Assembly: GCA_963841735.1 (NCBI GenBank)
Contig: CAWJDT010000001.1
Location: forward strand, 576,001 to 640,000
Source of the DNA: an uncultured Actinomycetes bacterium
GTDB lineage: Bacteria; Actinomycetota; Thermoleophilia; RBG-16-64-13
Direction: 5' to 3'
DNA length: 64,000 nt
The notes below the pieces were generated by a model. The model ran no database searches. It had not been told where the DNA came from and saw only the letters and a list, made by a program, of their open reading frames with translations. How positions within the stretch are numbered: position 1 is the stretch's first letter; each line of letters opens with the position of its first letter. Of this stretch, positions 27,697 to 37,582 are shown in pieces. The translations under genes and the position numbers were made by a program.

Positions 27697-28577
27697 CCAC
27701 TATGCTGGGCGCCTTCATCGCGGAATTCGTCGACGGCTTCCTTGCCGTGCCCGAGAACAACAACATGGGCCCCGGCACCACGTCGAAAGCCTGGGATGGT
27801 TCACTTCTGGGGTTCTCCAGCGGAGCCGATGAGCTGTACCCCTTCTGGAAGGACCACATCGGAGACTTCCACTGGACGCCTGCCGAGGCCTTCACACTCG
27901 GGACAGCCGCGGATGTGAGCGCGATGCCGGCGGCGACTGTGCGTCCGGAGGAGCTGACAGTCGTCAGTTTCGCTCTCTGCCAGACCGAAGAGGCCAAGGC
28001 CGCCAACCGGGCTCAGATCAAGTTCCCGTCGGAGCAGTGGGCGCGCACCCGCATCTACGGTCAGCGACACAACGTGGCGCTACAGAAAGCCCTGGTCTCC
28101 GCCTTGATCGCCCGCGGATTCCAGGCGATCGTTCCGGCGCTGCTCCCCGAGTACGACCAACGTGAATCGCCCTCGTTCGGACAGGCTTCCACTTGGTCGG
28201 AGCGCCATGTCGCCTACACCAGCGGCCTCGGCACTTTTGGGCTCTGCGGCGGACTCATCACGCAGAGAGGCATGGCGGTACGCTTGGGCTCGGTGATAGT
28301 GTGTGCGCGCGTCCCGGCCACCCCGCGGCCGTACGCCGATCCCTTCGCCTATTGTCTTCACTACCACGGCCAGACCGGGTGCGCCGCCTGCGCGGACCGC
28401 TGCCCGGTGGGCTCGGTAGACGAAACCGGCCGCGACAAGCCCGCCTGCGCCAGGCACCTCGACCCGGCCACCCGGGAATACGTGCGGCGTGAATACGGCT
28501 TCAACGGCCACGGCTGTGGCATGTGCCAGACCGGCGTGCCCTGCGAGTCGGGTATACCCGCGGGCCTGGACTCCTGA
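27693..28577 (+). CDS. epoxyqueuosine-reductase-like 4Fe-4S protein
   Basis: WSERHVAY..GLGTFGL, C..C..RCP and GCGMCQTGVPCE. Confidence 0.75.
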   Translation: MTTMLGAFIAEFVDGFLAVPENNNMGPGTTSKAWDGSLLGFSSGADELYPFWKDHIGDFHWTPAEAFTLGTAADVSAMPAATVRPEELTVVSFALCQTEEAKAANRAQIKFPSEQWARTRIYGQRHNVALQKALVSALIARGFQAIVPALLPEYDQRESPSFGQASTWSERHVAYTSGLGTFGLCGGLITQRGMAVRLGSVIVCARVPATPRPYADPFAYCLHYHGQTGCAACADRCPVGSVDETGRDKPACARHLDPATREYVRREYGFNGHGCGMCQTGVPCESGIPAGLDS

Positions 28578-28608
28578 CCGCCCTCGAGGGCGCCGGCCCC
28601 ACGCCCAG

Positions 28609-31038
28609 TTAGACTCCCGGGCGCTCGTCCCTGTCTATGGAAGCGTCGCCGCCTGGCTCCGTGCCGTCCACTGCGTCGCGGTAGTCGCTACCGGCATCGA
28701 CGTAGTAGCCCGAGTCAGCGCCCTCCAGGCCCATGTCCCGCCCTTGCTCGGCCGTGCCGGCGCCCATGCCGGCCCCCAGACCCCCGCTCGTTGGCGGCTC
28801 GCCGCCGAAGATGGGCGGTGATTCCAGCACCGCTTCGGCCAAGCGCCTGCGCCGCAGCCAGCGCACGAACCGCCAGGCCGTCAAGCCCAGCAGCAACGCC
28901 CAAGCCAGCACTTCGAGCACCTGCCCCACGGTGTTGGCCGCGGTGCGTCCGTAGGTGAGAACCACGTGGCTCTGCCTGGGTATGACCATCATGAACGAGG
29001 GCGAGACCAAGTAAGGCCCGTCCGCGCCCTCCACGTGCCAGTTGGGGAAGTAGGAGATCTTGATCCAATGCGGCTTTCCGATGGCCGTGGTGTCGAACTC
29101 CAGGCTTTCATTGCTGAGGAGCTCGTTGGTGACGTAACCCTCGGTCTCTATTGGCACCTCGGGTGGGCTCTCGGACTGCTCGGGGGTTATCGACGCAAAC
29201 TCCTGGAGAGCCTCCTCGCCGTTATCCCACACAAGCGCGGTGTCAAGCGCATCTTCGTTCTTGTACCACTCCACGGCCAAATCGCGCCATTCTTTCTGCT
29301 TGACGTCCAATCTAACCGGTTGGTTTTCCATCACCTGCACATACCCACTGCAGCCCGAGATGCGGAAGATGTTGTAGTCGCCAAACGTGGCCAGCAAATC
29401 CGCCCGTGGGTCAGCCAGAAGGCCCGGCATTACCTTCTCATCCGCGTCGTCATTGTAGGAGGCGAGGAAGTAGGGGATGTTCATGAACTGCAGATGGGTG
29501 ATGCCCCGGTGTATGTCCAGCCCTGGATATTTCACCCCGATGATGGCGTTGCTCGGCTGTTCAGATAGTTCCGCCTGGTTGATGAAGTGGAAGGCAGCCG
29601 TGTAGGAGGCCTCCATCAGGGTGCCTTCCATGGTGTCTTGTCTGGTCCAGTAAGGAATCAGCTCGAAGGCGCGAGAAGTGCCAAGCCTATCTATCAGTGA
29701 GGAGTCGTGCTCCGCCAGCACCCGCCCGGGAGGACTGAGCGTGTCGATGTAGTCGATGATCTCCTGATACTGGGTCCATCCCTCCCTGCTCTCATAGCCC
29801 GAGTAGTTCCAGTTGATCCAACCGGCCGCCGTGGTACTCAGCAGGCCCGCCGCGGCCACCACCACCAAAACAGTCACCGGTATGTGGATGCGCCGGCCGA
29901 TCCTGCTGGGGGCTCTAAAGAGATCCCACATCATCACCGTGAACGGGCGGACCAGCCAGGCAGCGCCGAAAGCGGCCCACAGGTGCCAAGAGATGTACCA
30001 GAAGGGCAGCAACCGCGCGTTCCATAGACGGCCGGTGGGAAGCAACTTGAAGAGAGCCAAGCTGACAACCGTCATCCAGAGGAGCGGCAACATCCTCCGC
30101 TCTCTGCGGGCCACTGCGTACGCCATGCCGATGAAGCCGAGCACGGCCACCGGCCAAAGAGCACTTGGCGCGAGATAGCTCCACCCCAGCTGACCCCAAG
30201 CCATGTGAGCCGTCCACTCCAGGTTGGAGACGAACGGCAGCCACCAGAACGCCGTCAGGCACAAGCCTCCAAGCCCCACAGCTACCAAATAGCCCAGTGA
30301 GCGCCAGCGCCAGTGCACCAGAAGAAGCCCCGGGACGATGCAAACCAGCACTATCGTGGTCACGATGTGCGAAAGCACCAGCGCCATCAGAATCAAACAG
30401 TTGAGAACAAATAACATGTTGAAACGCGGCTTCTCCATGCCCCGGTATACGGTGCCTAAGAACAAGAACACCAGCGCGAAGCTGAGCATGTACCCAAACT
30501 CTCCCGCCAGCGTGCTGAGGATGTTGCCGCCATAGATGGAATACAGCTGACCGCCGGCTGTGTGCTCCATGAGCAAGAAGACCAGCGCAAACGCGGCCGC
30601 CATGATGGCGAAAGGCTTCCGCACCCGCCACAGTCTGCCCATCGCGTACGCGGTCAACGGCAGGGCGAACACCCCGAGAACCGTAATGAGCTTGAAGGCT
30701 ATCTGATAGGGGATAAACCAGTCGAGAATGGCGATCAAGAGGAACGGGAAGGGGAAGTAGAACGTGAGCATGGGCATACCGGCATACCAGCCCGGCGCCC
30801 AGCCGGTCAGACGGAAGTTGGGCAGCAGTTCCTGGATAAGATACTGCGCGGGATAGTGGTGAGCCCCCATGTCACCACCAGCCGTGGTGGTTAGGCTAAA
30901 GAGGAGATTGTCCCCAAACGGCCACCGCCCAAAGAAGAGCCAGAGGACCGCGTAGATGAAGAAGAAGGCAAGCGCCGTGGGCAACCAGTCCCAGAGGCTC
31001 CTTCCGCCCTTGTCTAGCGGTTCTTCTTGCTCTTCCAA
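28609..31038 (-). CDS. GT-C-type membrane glycosyltransferase (PTPS-related family)
   Basis: GGDMGAH, W.PGWYAG.P...FY.P, many TM helices, SYFPNW. Confidence 0.75.
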   Translation of the reverse strand: MEEQEEPLDKGGRSLWDWLPTALAFFFIYAVLWLFFGRWPFGDNLLFSLTTTAGGDMGAHHYPAQYLIQELLPNFRLTGWAPGWYAGMPMLTFYFPFPFLLIAILDWFIPYQIAFKLITVLGVFALPLTAYAMGRLWRVRKPFAIMAAAFALVFLLMEHTAGGQLYSIYGGNILSTLAGEFGYMLSFALVFLFLGTVYRGMEKPRFNMLFVLNCLILMALVLSHIVTTIVLVCIVPGLLLVHWRWRSLGYLVAVGLGGLCLTAFWWLPFVSNLEWTAHMAWGQLGWSYLAPSALWPVAVLGFIGMAYAVARRERRMLPLLWMTVVSLALFKLLPTGRLWNARLLPFWYISWHLWAAFGAAWLVRPFTVMMWDLFRAPSRIGRRIHIPVTVLVVVAAAGLLSTTAAGWINWNYSGYESREGWTQYQEIIDYIDTLSPPGRVLAEHDSSLIDRLGTSRAFELIPYWTRQDTMEGTLMEASYTAAFHFINQAELSEQPSNAIIGVKYPGLDIHRGITHLQFMNIPYFLASYNDDADEKVMPGLLADPRADLLATFGDYNIFRISGCSGYVQVMENQPVRLDVKQKEWRDLAVEWYKNEDALDTALVWDNGEEALQEFASITPEQSESPPEVPIETEGYVTNELLSNESLEFDTTAIGKPHWIKISYFPNWHVEGADGPYLVSPSFMMVIPRQSHVVLTYGRTAANTVGQVLEVLAWALLLGLTAWRFVRWLRRRRLAEAVLESPPIFGGEPPTSGGLGAGMGAGTAEQGRDMGLEGADSGYYVDAGSDYRDAVDGTEPGGDASIDRDERPGV

Positions 31039-31045
31039 GTCCCGA

Positions 31046-31906
31046 TCAGGATCCAGGGCTCCCCTCCCTCCACAGTGCCATCCGCAGCCGCAACAGTCCT
31101 CGTATTGTACGCGGTATGCGACGCACTATGGAAGAACGCGCCTTCCTCTTTTCCTCCACCATCACAGGCAGAGCCTTGACCCGCACCCCTCCGCGCCGGG
31201 CGCGGATGATGAGTTCGGTGTCAAACAGATCGGTGGTCATAATGGTTTGGGGAGCGAAGCGGGCCACCACCTCCCGCTTGAGCACTTTCATGCCGTGGGT
31301 GTCGTCCATGCGCCGGTCGAACAGCACGCGCAGGATGGTGGTAAAACCCTGCGAGATGAGGTGCCGCACTGGAGAGCGCCGGTCGTCGGCACCTTCGACC
31401 AGCTTGCTGCCAACCACGATGCCGGGCGCGTCGGAAACCGCCGGGGCGTTGGCAGCCGGGACGCCGGCGGCCGGCACTGCGCCGGGTCCGCCGGCCGCGG
31501 GGCCGGCGCTGTCGGCGAGGCACTCGCCGGCCTTCACCAGAAAGTCCACGTCGTAGTAGTCGATGTCGAAGTTGACAATCAGATCGCCCCGTCCGGCCAG
31601 CATGCCCGCCTTCATGGCCGCGCCGTAGTCGGGTGCCGGTAGGCGCAGGGCCTGCACGCGCGCGTTTTCCGCCGACAGTCTCTCTGCGATGGCGCCGGTT
31701 TCGTCGCGACTGCCGTTCTCGGCCAGTATCAACTCGTAGTCGACCCCTTGAGCTTCCAACCCGCCCACCAGAGTGGAGACCTCGGCGGCCAGGCACTCAG
31801 CTTCGTTGTGGATGGGGATGACTATCGAGAAGCGCGGGGGCGCCTCCGCAGGCGGAACGCCCGGAGGCGCCCCGGCAGTGTCGTTTCTTCCCAATGGGTC
31901 AGGCAT
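31046..31906 (-). CDS. GT2 polyprenol-phosphate glycosyltransferase
   Basis: SIVIPIHNE, ENGSRDET, DID, DTHGMK. Confidence 0.88.
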   Translation of the reverse strand: MPDPLGRNDTAGAPPGVPPAEAPPRFSIVIPIHNEAECLAAEVSTLVGGLEAQGVDYELILAENGSRDETGAIAERLSAENARVQALRLPAPDYGAAMKAGMLAGRGDLIVNFDIDYYDVDFLVKAGECLADSAGPAAGGPGAVPAAGVPAANAPAVSDAPGIVVGSKLVEGADDRRSPVRHLISQGFTTILRVLFDRRMDDTHGMKVLKREVVARFAPQTIMTTDLFDTELIIRARRGGVRVKALPVMVEEKRKARSSIVRRIPRTIRGLLRLRMALWREGSPGS

Positions 31907-32405
31907 CGTTACCATCCTTGACCGGCTCTCCGCCGGCCGCGATCGGGGCCCCGGCGTCGGCGGCCTTGCCCTTCACAGCGGTGTGCCTAAAGGCGAAATA
32001 CCGGCTCCCAAAGAAGTTCCACGCTACCGACACGACGGCTGCAGCCAAGGCCTTGAACATGCGTTCAGCGGTCGATCCGGAGTCGAGCCAGATGCCCAGC
32101 ACCTTGAACACCACTACATTGACCACCAAAGGTGGCAGATTGACGGCGAAGAAGATCGCGAATTCGCGCGCACCACGCGCAGACTTGGCGGCTCCGAACG
32201 TCCAATACTTGTTCCAGAAGAAACTGTTGCAGATGCCCAGAACATACGAAATGCCCTTGGCCGCCGTGTGCGGCATGCCAGGTATCAAACCGAACAGATA
32301 GAAGGCGCCCATATCGACCAGGGTGTTGATCAACCCTACGACTATGAAGCGGGCGGCTTGTCCCGTTATGCGATCACGATGCCAAAGTCTGCGTATGAGC
32401 TCCAC
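31899..32405 (-). CDS. GtrA-family flippase
   Basis: RFIVVGLINTLVD, SFFWNKYWTF, WNFFGSRYFAF. Confidence 0.9.
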   Translation of the reverse strand: MELIRRLWHRDRITGQAARFIVVGLINTLVDMGAFYLFGLIPGMPHTAAKGISYVLGICNSFFWNKYWTFGAAKSARGAREFAIFFAVNLPPLVVNVVVFKVLGIWLDSGSTAERMFKALAAAVVSVAWNFFGSRYFAFRHTAVKGKAADAGAPIAAGGEPVKDGNDA

Positions 32406-32504
32406 GGTGCCCCAAGGTCCGCTATTTCAGCGCTGGCCGAAGGCAAGCGGGCTATATCGTAACATCCCGCCACCAGTTGCAGGGCCTTCTGCTAACATCG
32501 GCCC

Positions 32505-33872
32505 GTGCTCCAGGCAGCTAAGAACAGGGTAGCGTTCCGCACCGTAGGGTGCCGGCTGAACCAGTGCGAGACAGCCCAGATGCAGGAGGCGTTACTCACT
32601 GCGGGTTTCCGGCTTGTGGGTTGGGAGGGGCCGGCCGACATCCGCGTCATCAACACCTGCACGGTGACGGCCAAGAGTGACCGCACCTGCCGCCATGAGA
32701 TCCACCTGGCCAAGCGCCTTGATCCCGATTGTGTGGTCGTCGTCACAGGCTGCTATGCGCAGGTACATCCCGCCGTGGTGGCCGCCATTCCCGAAGTCGA
32801 CCTGGTTCTGGGTAACATCGACAAGCTCCGGCTGGCCGAGCAGTTGACCAGCCACTTCGCCGGACGTGGCCCGGCAGGCGCTCGGGGCGTCGCACCGACG
32901 CCCAGCCCCACCGTCGCCGTTTCTCCCTATCCGGAGCACCCCACTTTCGAAGGTGAGTTCTTCTCCCAATTCCACGGCTACACCCGAGCCTTTCTTAAGA
33001 TCCAGACCGGCTGCGATTCGGGCTGCGCCTACTGCGTGGTCCCCCTGGCGCGCGGACCGGCACGCAGCATGCCTCAGGCCGCGGTGTTGCAGCAGGTGCG
33101 CCTTCTGACCGCTCGGGGCTACCGGGAGGTAGTGCTCACGGGCATAAACCTGGGGAGTTGGGGCAGCGACACAAGCGAAGGACCGCTGGCAAACCTGCTG
33201 GCTCTCCTGCTGGACGACCGGCCACCCGAAGACGACTCCGTCGGGCGACTACGTCTCAGCTCCATCGAGCCGCTGGAGGTTGACGCTCCCCTGCTCGATG
33301 TCATAGAAGGCGCGGGTGAACGCGTGGCACACCACTTCCACCTTCCCCTGCAAAGCGGCTCCCCCTCGGTTCTCTCCCGCATGGGCCGCCCCTACACCGC
33401 CGCGCAATACCTCGAGGTCGCGCAAACCATCGCCCACCGCTTCCCCGACGCCGCCCTCGGAGCCGATGTCATAGTCGGCTTTCCCGGCGAGACCGAGGCC
33501 GAGTTCGAAGAGACCCTCGCCCTGGTCGAGCGCTCGCCGCTCACCTATCTGCATGTGTTCGCCTACAGCGACAGAACCGGTACCCGGGCCTCTAGCATGA
33601 ACCCCAAGATCGCCCCTCAGACCATCCACGAACGCAGTCGGCTCCTGCGCGCTTTAGGGATGCAGAAGAATGATTCATTTCGCGGTAGGCTGAGTGCGAC
33701 CGAACAACGAGTCTTGGTCCTCAACGAGCGGGTGGCCGACGGTAGGCTGGTCGGGCTCACCGGCAATTACATGGAGGTCCTGGTGAGCGATGACGAGAGC
33801 TTGGTGAACCGCTTCGTCCGAGTGCGACTGGAGCGATGCCTTCCCGACGGCCGCTGGGAAGCGAGCATCTGA
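32505..33872 (+). CDS. mtaB: tRNA methylthiotransferase (MtaB type)
   Basis: [20 protein letters not shown], radical [24 protein letters not shown]-terminal TRAM-like region. Confidence 0.9.
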   Translation: MLQAAKNRVAFRTVGCRLNQCETAQMQEALLTAGFRLVGWEGPADIRVINTCTVTAKSDRTCRHEIHLAKRLDPDCVVVVTGCYAQVHPAVVAAIPEVDLVLGNIDKLRLAEQLTSHFAGRGPAGARGVAPTPSPTVAVSPYPEHPTFEGEFFSQFHGYTRAFLKIQTGCDSGCAYCVVPLARGPARSMPQAAVLQQVRLLTARGYREVVLTGINLGSWGSDTSEGPLANLLALLLDDRPPEDDSVGRLRLSSIEPLEVDAPLLDVIEGAGERVAHHFHLPLQSGSPSVLSRMGRPYTAAQYLEVAQTIAHRFPDAALGADVIVGFPGETEAEFEETLALVERSPLTYLHVFAYSDRTGTRASSMNPKIAPQTIHERSRLLRALGMQKNDSFRGRLSATEQRVLVLNERVADGRLVGLTGNYMEVLVSDDESLVNRFVRVRLERCLPDGRWEASI

Positions 33873-34375
33873 TGCGGCTTGTACTCCAGCGGGTTAGACA
33901 CGCCTCAGTGGAAGTCGACGGACAGACCGTTGGAGTCATCGGCTCGGGTCTGGTGGTATTCGTTGGGGTGGGCCGGGAGGACCTCTCCGGTCCTGACGGT
34001 GCCGCGTATCTGGATGGCGCCGCGTATCCGGATGGTGCCGCTGGCTCCGAAGAACGGGTGGCGGCACTAGCCTATAACGTCGCCACTCTGCGCATCTTTC
34101 CCGATGCCGAGGGCAAGACCAACCTGTCGCTGCTTGACACCGGGGGAGCCGCACTCGTGATCAGCCAGTTCACCCTGTACGCAGACTGCAGTCGCGGTCG
34201 CCGGCCGTCGTTCACCGACGCCGCCGATCCCGGCCCTGCCGAAGCGTTGGTGCTACAGTTTCGCCAAGCCCTCGATCGTCTGGGAGTCCCTACCGCCGCC
34301 GGGCGTTTCGGAGCCCACATGATTGTTTCCGTGGTCAACGATGGTCCTTTCACCGTCATCCTCGAAGGAGTCTGA
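33872..34375 (+). CDS. dtd: D-aminoacyl-tRNA deacylase
   Basis: [24 protein letters not shown]. Confidence 0.93.
   Translation: MRLVLQRVRHASVEVDGQTVGVIGSGLVVFVGVGREDLSGPDGAAYLDGAAYPDGAAGSEERVAALAYNVATLRIFPDAEGKTNLSLLDTGGAALVISQFTLYADCSRGRRPSFTDAADPGPAEALVLQFRQALDRLGVPTAAGRFGAHMIVSVVNDGPFTVILEGV
33992..34045 (+). repeat. 18-bp in-frame tandem repeat (x3) inside dtd
   Basis: cctgacggtgccgcgtat / ctggatggcgccgcgtat / ccggatggtgccgctggc, encoding [18 protein letters not shown]. Confidence 0.8.
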
Positions 34376-34377
34376 CC

Positions 34378-35238
34378 GTGCGCCTGCCCGACTATCACAC
34401 CCACACGGTCCGCTGCGGTCACGCCATCGGAGAGCCCGGGGAGTATGTCCTTGCGGCCCAGAAGATGGGCTTGATTGGCATCGGCATCGCCGATCACATC
34501 CCGCTTCTGCCCGAGCCCGACCCTGAGATTTCCATGAGCACCGGAGATCTGCGGCACTACGTAGACGACGTGCAGGCTCTCAAGGCCGAATTCCCCGGTT
34601 ACGTGCTGCTGGGCGTGGAGGCGGACTACCGGCCCCAGACCTTGCCGGACGTGCGCTCCCTACTGCAAGAGTTCCCGTTCGACTACGTCATCGGCTCCGT
34701 GCACCACCTGGGCAATTGGAACTTCGACGACCCCCGACACATAGACGAATACGACGACCGCGACATCGACGAGGTCTGGATAGAGTATCTGGAGCTGGTG
34801 GGCGATGCCGCCGAATCGGGGCTCTTCACTATCTTGGGTCATCTGGATCTGGTGAAGAAGTTCGGCTACCGCCCCACGCGTGTGCTGGCGCTTGAGCTCG
34901 ACCACATGGTGGGCCGCATTGCCCGCTCCGGCACCCTTGTGGAGATCAATACCGCGGGCCTGCACAAACCGATCGCTGAAGCCTATCCCACGCTGGACAT
35001 CCTCCGCCGTCTCTGTGTCGCGGGCGTGCCCATCACCTTCGGTTCCGACGCGCACCGGCCTGAGCAAGTGGGCAGGGATTTCGCCCACGCCGTGGAGTTG
35101 GCCCAGGCGGCGGGCTACGAGGGCTTCGCCTCTCTGGAGGCCGAAGCCAGGAACAGCCGGGCTCGGGTGCGCACCAACCCCTTCGAACCACCGGCCGCTG
35201 CCCAGAAGCGGCGCCCCCCGCGACAAGCCGGCTCGTGA
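34378..35238 (+). CDS. histidinol-phosphatase, PHP (HisJ) family
   Basis: DYHTHT..CGHA, DYVIGSVH, GHLDLVKKF, EINTAG, GSDAH. Confidence 0.85.
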   Translation: MRLPDYHTHTVRCGHAIGEPGEYVLAAQKMGLIGIGIADHIPLLPEPDPEISMSTGDLRHYVDDVQALKAEFPGYVLLGVEADYRPQTLPDVRSLLQEFPFDYVIGSVHHLGNWNFDDPRHIDEYDDRDIDEVWIEYLELVGDAAESGLFTILGHLDLVKKFGYRPTRVLALELDHMVGRIARSGTLVEINTAGLHKPIAEAYPTLDILRRLCVAGVPITFGSDAHRPEQVGRDFAHAVELAQAAGYEGFASLEAEARNSRARVRTNPFEPPAAAQKRRPPRQAGS

Positions 35239-35251
35239 GGCCGGCGACCCT

Positions 35252-36148
35252 GTGAAGGCCGCGGTCATCTTCAACCCCTCCTCCGGCAGAAGACGGGGCC
35301 CGCTGATTGCCTCCGCCGTGGAGCAGGGCTTGGTCCAGCGCGGTCTTGAGGTCACGTTGCACCCCACCCAGGGCCCCAGGGATGCCACGGACATCGCCCG
35401 GAGTTCGGCACTGGAGGCCGACATGGTAGTCGCGGTGGGGGGCGACGGCACCGTGAACGAGGTCATCAACGGCCTCGCCGCCGCCCGAGAAACCCCCGGC
35501 GGAGCGCGGGCAGTGCTCGGCATAGTGCCGGCGGGGACGGTCAACGTGCTGGCTCTCGAACAGCGGCTGCCGTTTCGGGTAGACCAAGCCTGCGCGGTCA
35601 TAGCCGCCGGCAAGACCACCCGGCTCGATCTCGGCCGAGCCAACGACCGCCGGTTCGTCCTCATGATGGGCGCGGGCATTGACGCCCTCACGGTGCGGAA
35701 CATCGACCCTCAAACCAAGAAACGCCTCAAGGAGCTGGCGTTCGTGGGCACTGGACTCAAGCAGGGGCTCGCGAAAGAGGCCCCGTTCTTCTTGGTGCGC
35801 GCGAATGGACGCGAGTACCCGGCCACCTTCTGCGTGATGAGCAACTGTCACTACTACGCTGCCCACGTGAGCATCACCCCTGCTGCGTGCCCCACCGACG
35901 GGCTCCTCGATCTGATGATCTTCACCGGCACCACCCGCTCAAGTCTGGCGGCCTTCTGGCTGGGAGTCCCCAGTGGGCTTCACAACCGCAATCCTCACGT
36001 CATCCACGTCCGGGCGGAGAAGGCCCAGATGATGCCGTTCGAAGGCAGCGATGAGACCATCTGGCTCCAGACCGACGGAGAGTTGGCGGGCGAACTTCCC
36101 GTCACGGTGGAGATCGAGCCGCAGGCGCTGGAGCTACTCGTTCCGTGA
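35252..36148 (+). CDS. diacylglycerol-kinase-family lipid kinase
   Basis: NPSSG, GGDGTVNEV, PAGTVN, QTDGE. Confidence 0.9.
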   Translation: MKAAVIFNPSSGRRRGPLIASAVEQGLVQRGLEVTLHPTQGPRDATDIARSSALEADMVVAVGGDGTVNEVINGLAAARETPGGARAVLGIVPAGTVNVLALEQRLPFRVDQACAVIAAGKTTRLDLGRANDRRFVLMMGAGIDALTVRNIDPQTKKRLKELAFVGTGLKQGLAKEAPFFLVRANGREYPATFCVMSNCHYYAAHVSITPAACPTDGLLDLMIFTGTTRSSLAAFWLGVPSGLHNRNPHVIHVRAEKAQMMPFEGSDETIWLQTDGELAGELPVTVEIEPQALELLVP

Positions 36149-36870
36149 CCACGACACCCAAACGAGCAACGCCCATGCCGCAGCCCGAAGGCCCCCACCG
36201 TTCGGCGCTGACCAGCCGCAAGCCCGGGCTGAAGCGGCTCCGAACCGTGCTCACCATAGTGGCGGCGACGGTTCTGGTGGTGATGATCGCTCTGATAGCC
36301 AGAGCCTGCACGACCGACCCTGGCGACGACACGGGCGAACTCCAAGGGCCGCTGGCCTCCATCGTCACCGGTACCACCGACCAGTTGACCCCCGGCGAGG
36401 TCTCCACGGGCATCTCGGTGCTGCCCGCCCAGGGCCGACTGCAGCCTTCCGAAACGGAGTGGGCCCAGCTCCTGCCTGAACTCCAGAGAGTCGCCGCAGC
36501 TGCTCCCGACGATGCCGACGCCCAGCGCGCCTTGGCCCTGGCCTACTACAACCTGGGACAGCTCGAGGAGGCCCGGGCCATCTACGAGCGCCTGTTGACC
36601 GCCGCCGAAGACGCCGTGCTGCGCAACCGCTTGGGCAACACCCTGCGCGACATGGGAGACCAGGCGGCAGCCGAATCCGCCTACCGCAAGGCCATCACCG
36701 ACGACTCCACCTTGGCCGCGCCCTACCTCAACCTGGCCGAGCTGATATGGCGCCAAGGCGACGCCGCCAAGGCACTGGACGTCATCGAGCAAGGGCTCAC
36801 GTCCGTCCCAGAAGAAAGCCGCGCCGCTCTTGAAGCCGGGCGTGAGGCACTGGAGTCAGCCGCGAACTAG
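36145..36870 (+). CDS. membrane-anchored TPR protein
   Basis: TM helix, then TPR consensus segments (LALAYYNLG, LGNTLRDMG, YLNLA). Confidence 0.8.
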   Translation: MTTTPKRATPMPQPEGPHRSALTSRKPGLKRLRTVLTIVAATVLVVMIALIARACTTDPGDDTGELQGPLASIVTGTTDQLTPGEVSTGISVLPAQGRLQPSETEWAQLLPELQRVAAAAPDDADAQRALALAYYNLGQLEEARAIYERLLTAAEDAVLRNRLGNTLRDMGDQAAAESAYRKAITDDSTLAAPYLNLAELIWRQGDAAKALDVIEQGLTSVPEESRAALEAGREALESAAN

Positions 36871-37009
36871 GGGCGCGTGGTGGCGCTGTGCGTAGCGGCA
36901 CCCGGTGGCGCCGTGCAGCTCCCCGGCCGACCATGTAAAGCTGAGGCCTCCTTATCGACGTAGTTAGGGCGCAACCGCAAAATACCGAAACAACGTTGCG
37001 CCAAAGGGG

Positions 37010-37582
37010 GTGGGCAAGACGACAACCGAGACTCTGATCAGTGAGATGCAGATACCCGCGCGAAGACAGGCCGTTCTTGACTCTGTGCAGACGGCTCGCT
37101 ACGAGGCGATCGTGCATCGCCAGAGCAAGCGTCTTATCCAGATGCTCGACATGATCTTCCTCGACCGGGAGCTTGCAGCCGACGCGGCCCAAGACGCCTT
37201 CGTGCAGCTCTATCTGCACTGGGACGAAGTGGGTGACGCAGCCGAGCCGGAGGCGTGGGTGTACCGGGTGGCTGTGAACCGCTGCAAGGACTACCGGCGG
37301 CGACTGGCCAGAGGGACACAGCTTCTGCGCCGTCTGGCCGCGGCGTCGCCTGCTCAAGTGGACGCGGAAGTGGCAGGCCCTGGTTGGGAGCCGGCGCAGG
37401 ACTTCGTCGCCGTTCTCCGGAGCCTACCGACTCGCCAGCGTACCGCGGCGGCCCTCTTCTATGAGGCCGACATGTCGATCGCTGAGATCTCACGCACCAT
37501 GGGGATCTCCGAAGGCGCGGTGAACAGCCATCTCAACCGAGCACGACGCACTCTCAAGCAGATGCTGGAGGCAAGACGATGA
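37010..37582 (+). CDS. ECF sigma factor
   Basis: AADAAQDAF, AWVYRVAVN.C.D, LP.RQR, EISRTMGISEGAVNSHL.RAR; start uncertain. Confidence 0.9.
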   Translation: MGKTTTETLISEMQIPARRQAVLDSVQTARYEAIVHRQSKRLIQMLDMIFLDRELAADAAQDAFVQLYLHWDEVGDAAEPEAWVYRVAVNRCKDYRRRLARGTQLLRRLAAASPAQVDAEVAGPGWEPAQDFVAVLRSLPTRQRTAAALFYEADMSIAEISRTMGISEGAVNSHLNRARRTLKQMLEARR

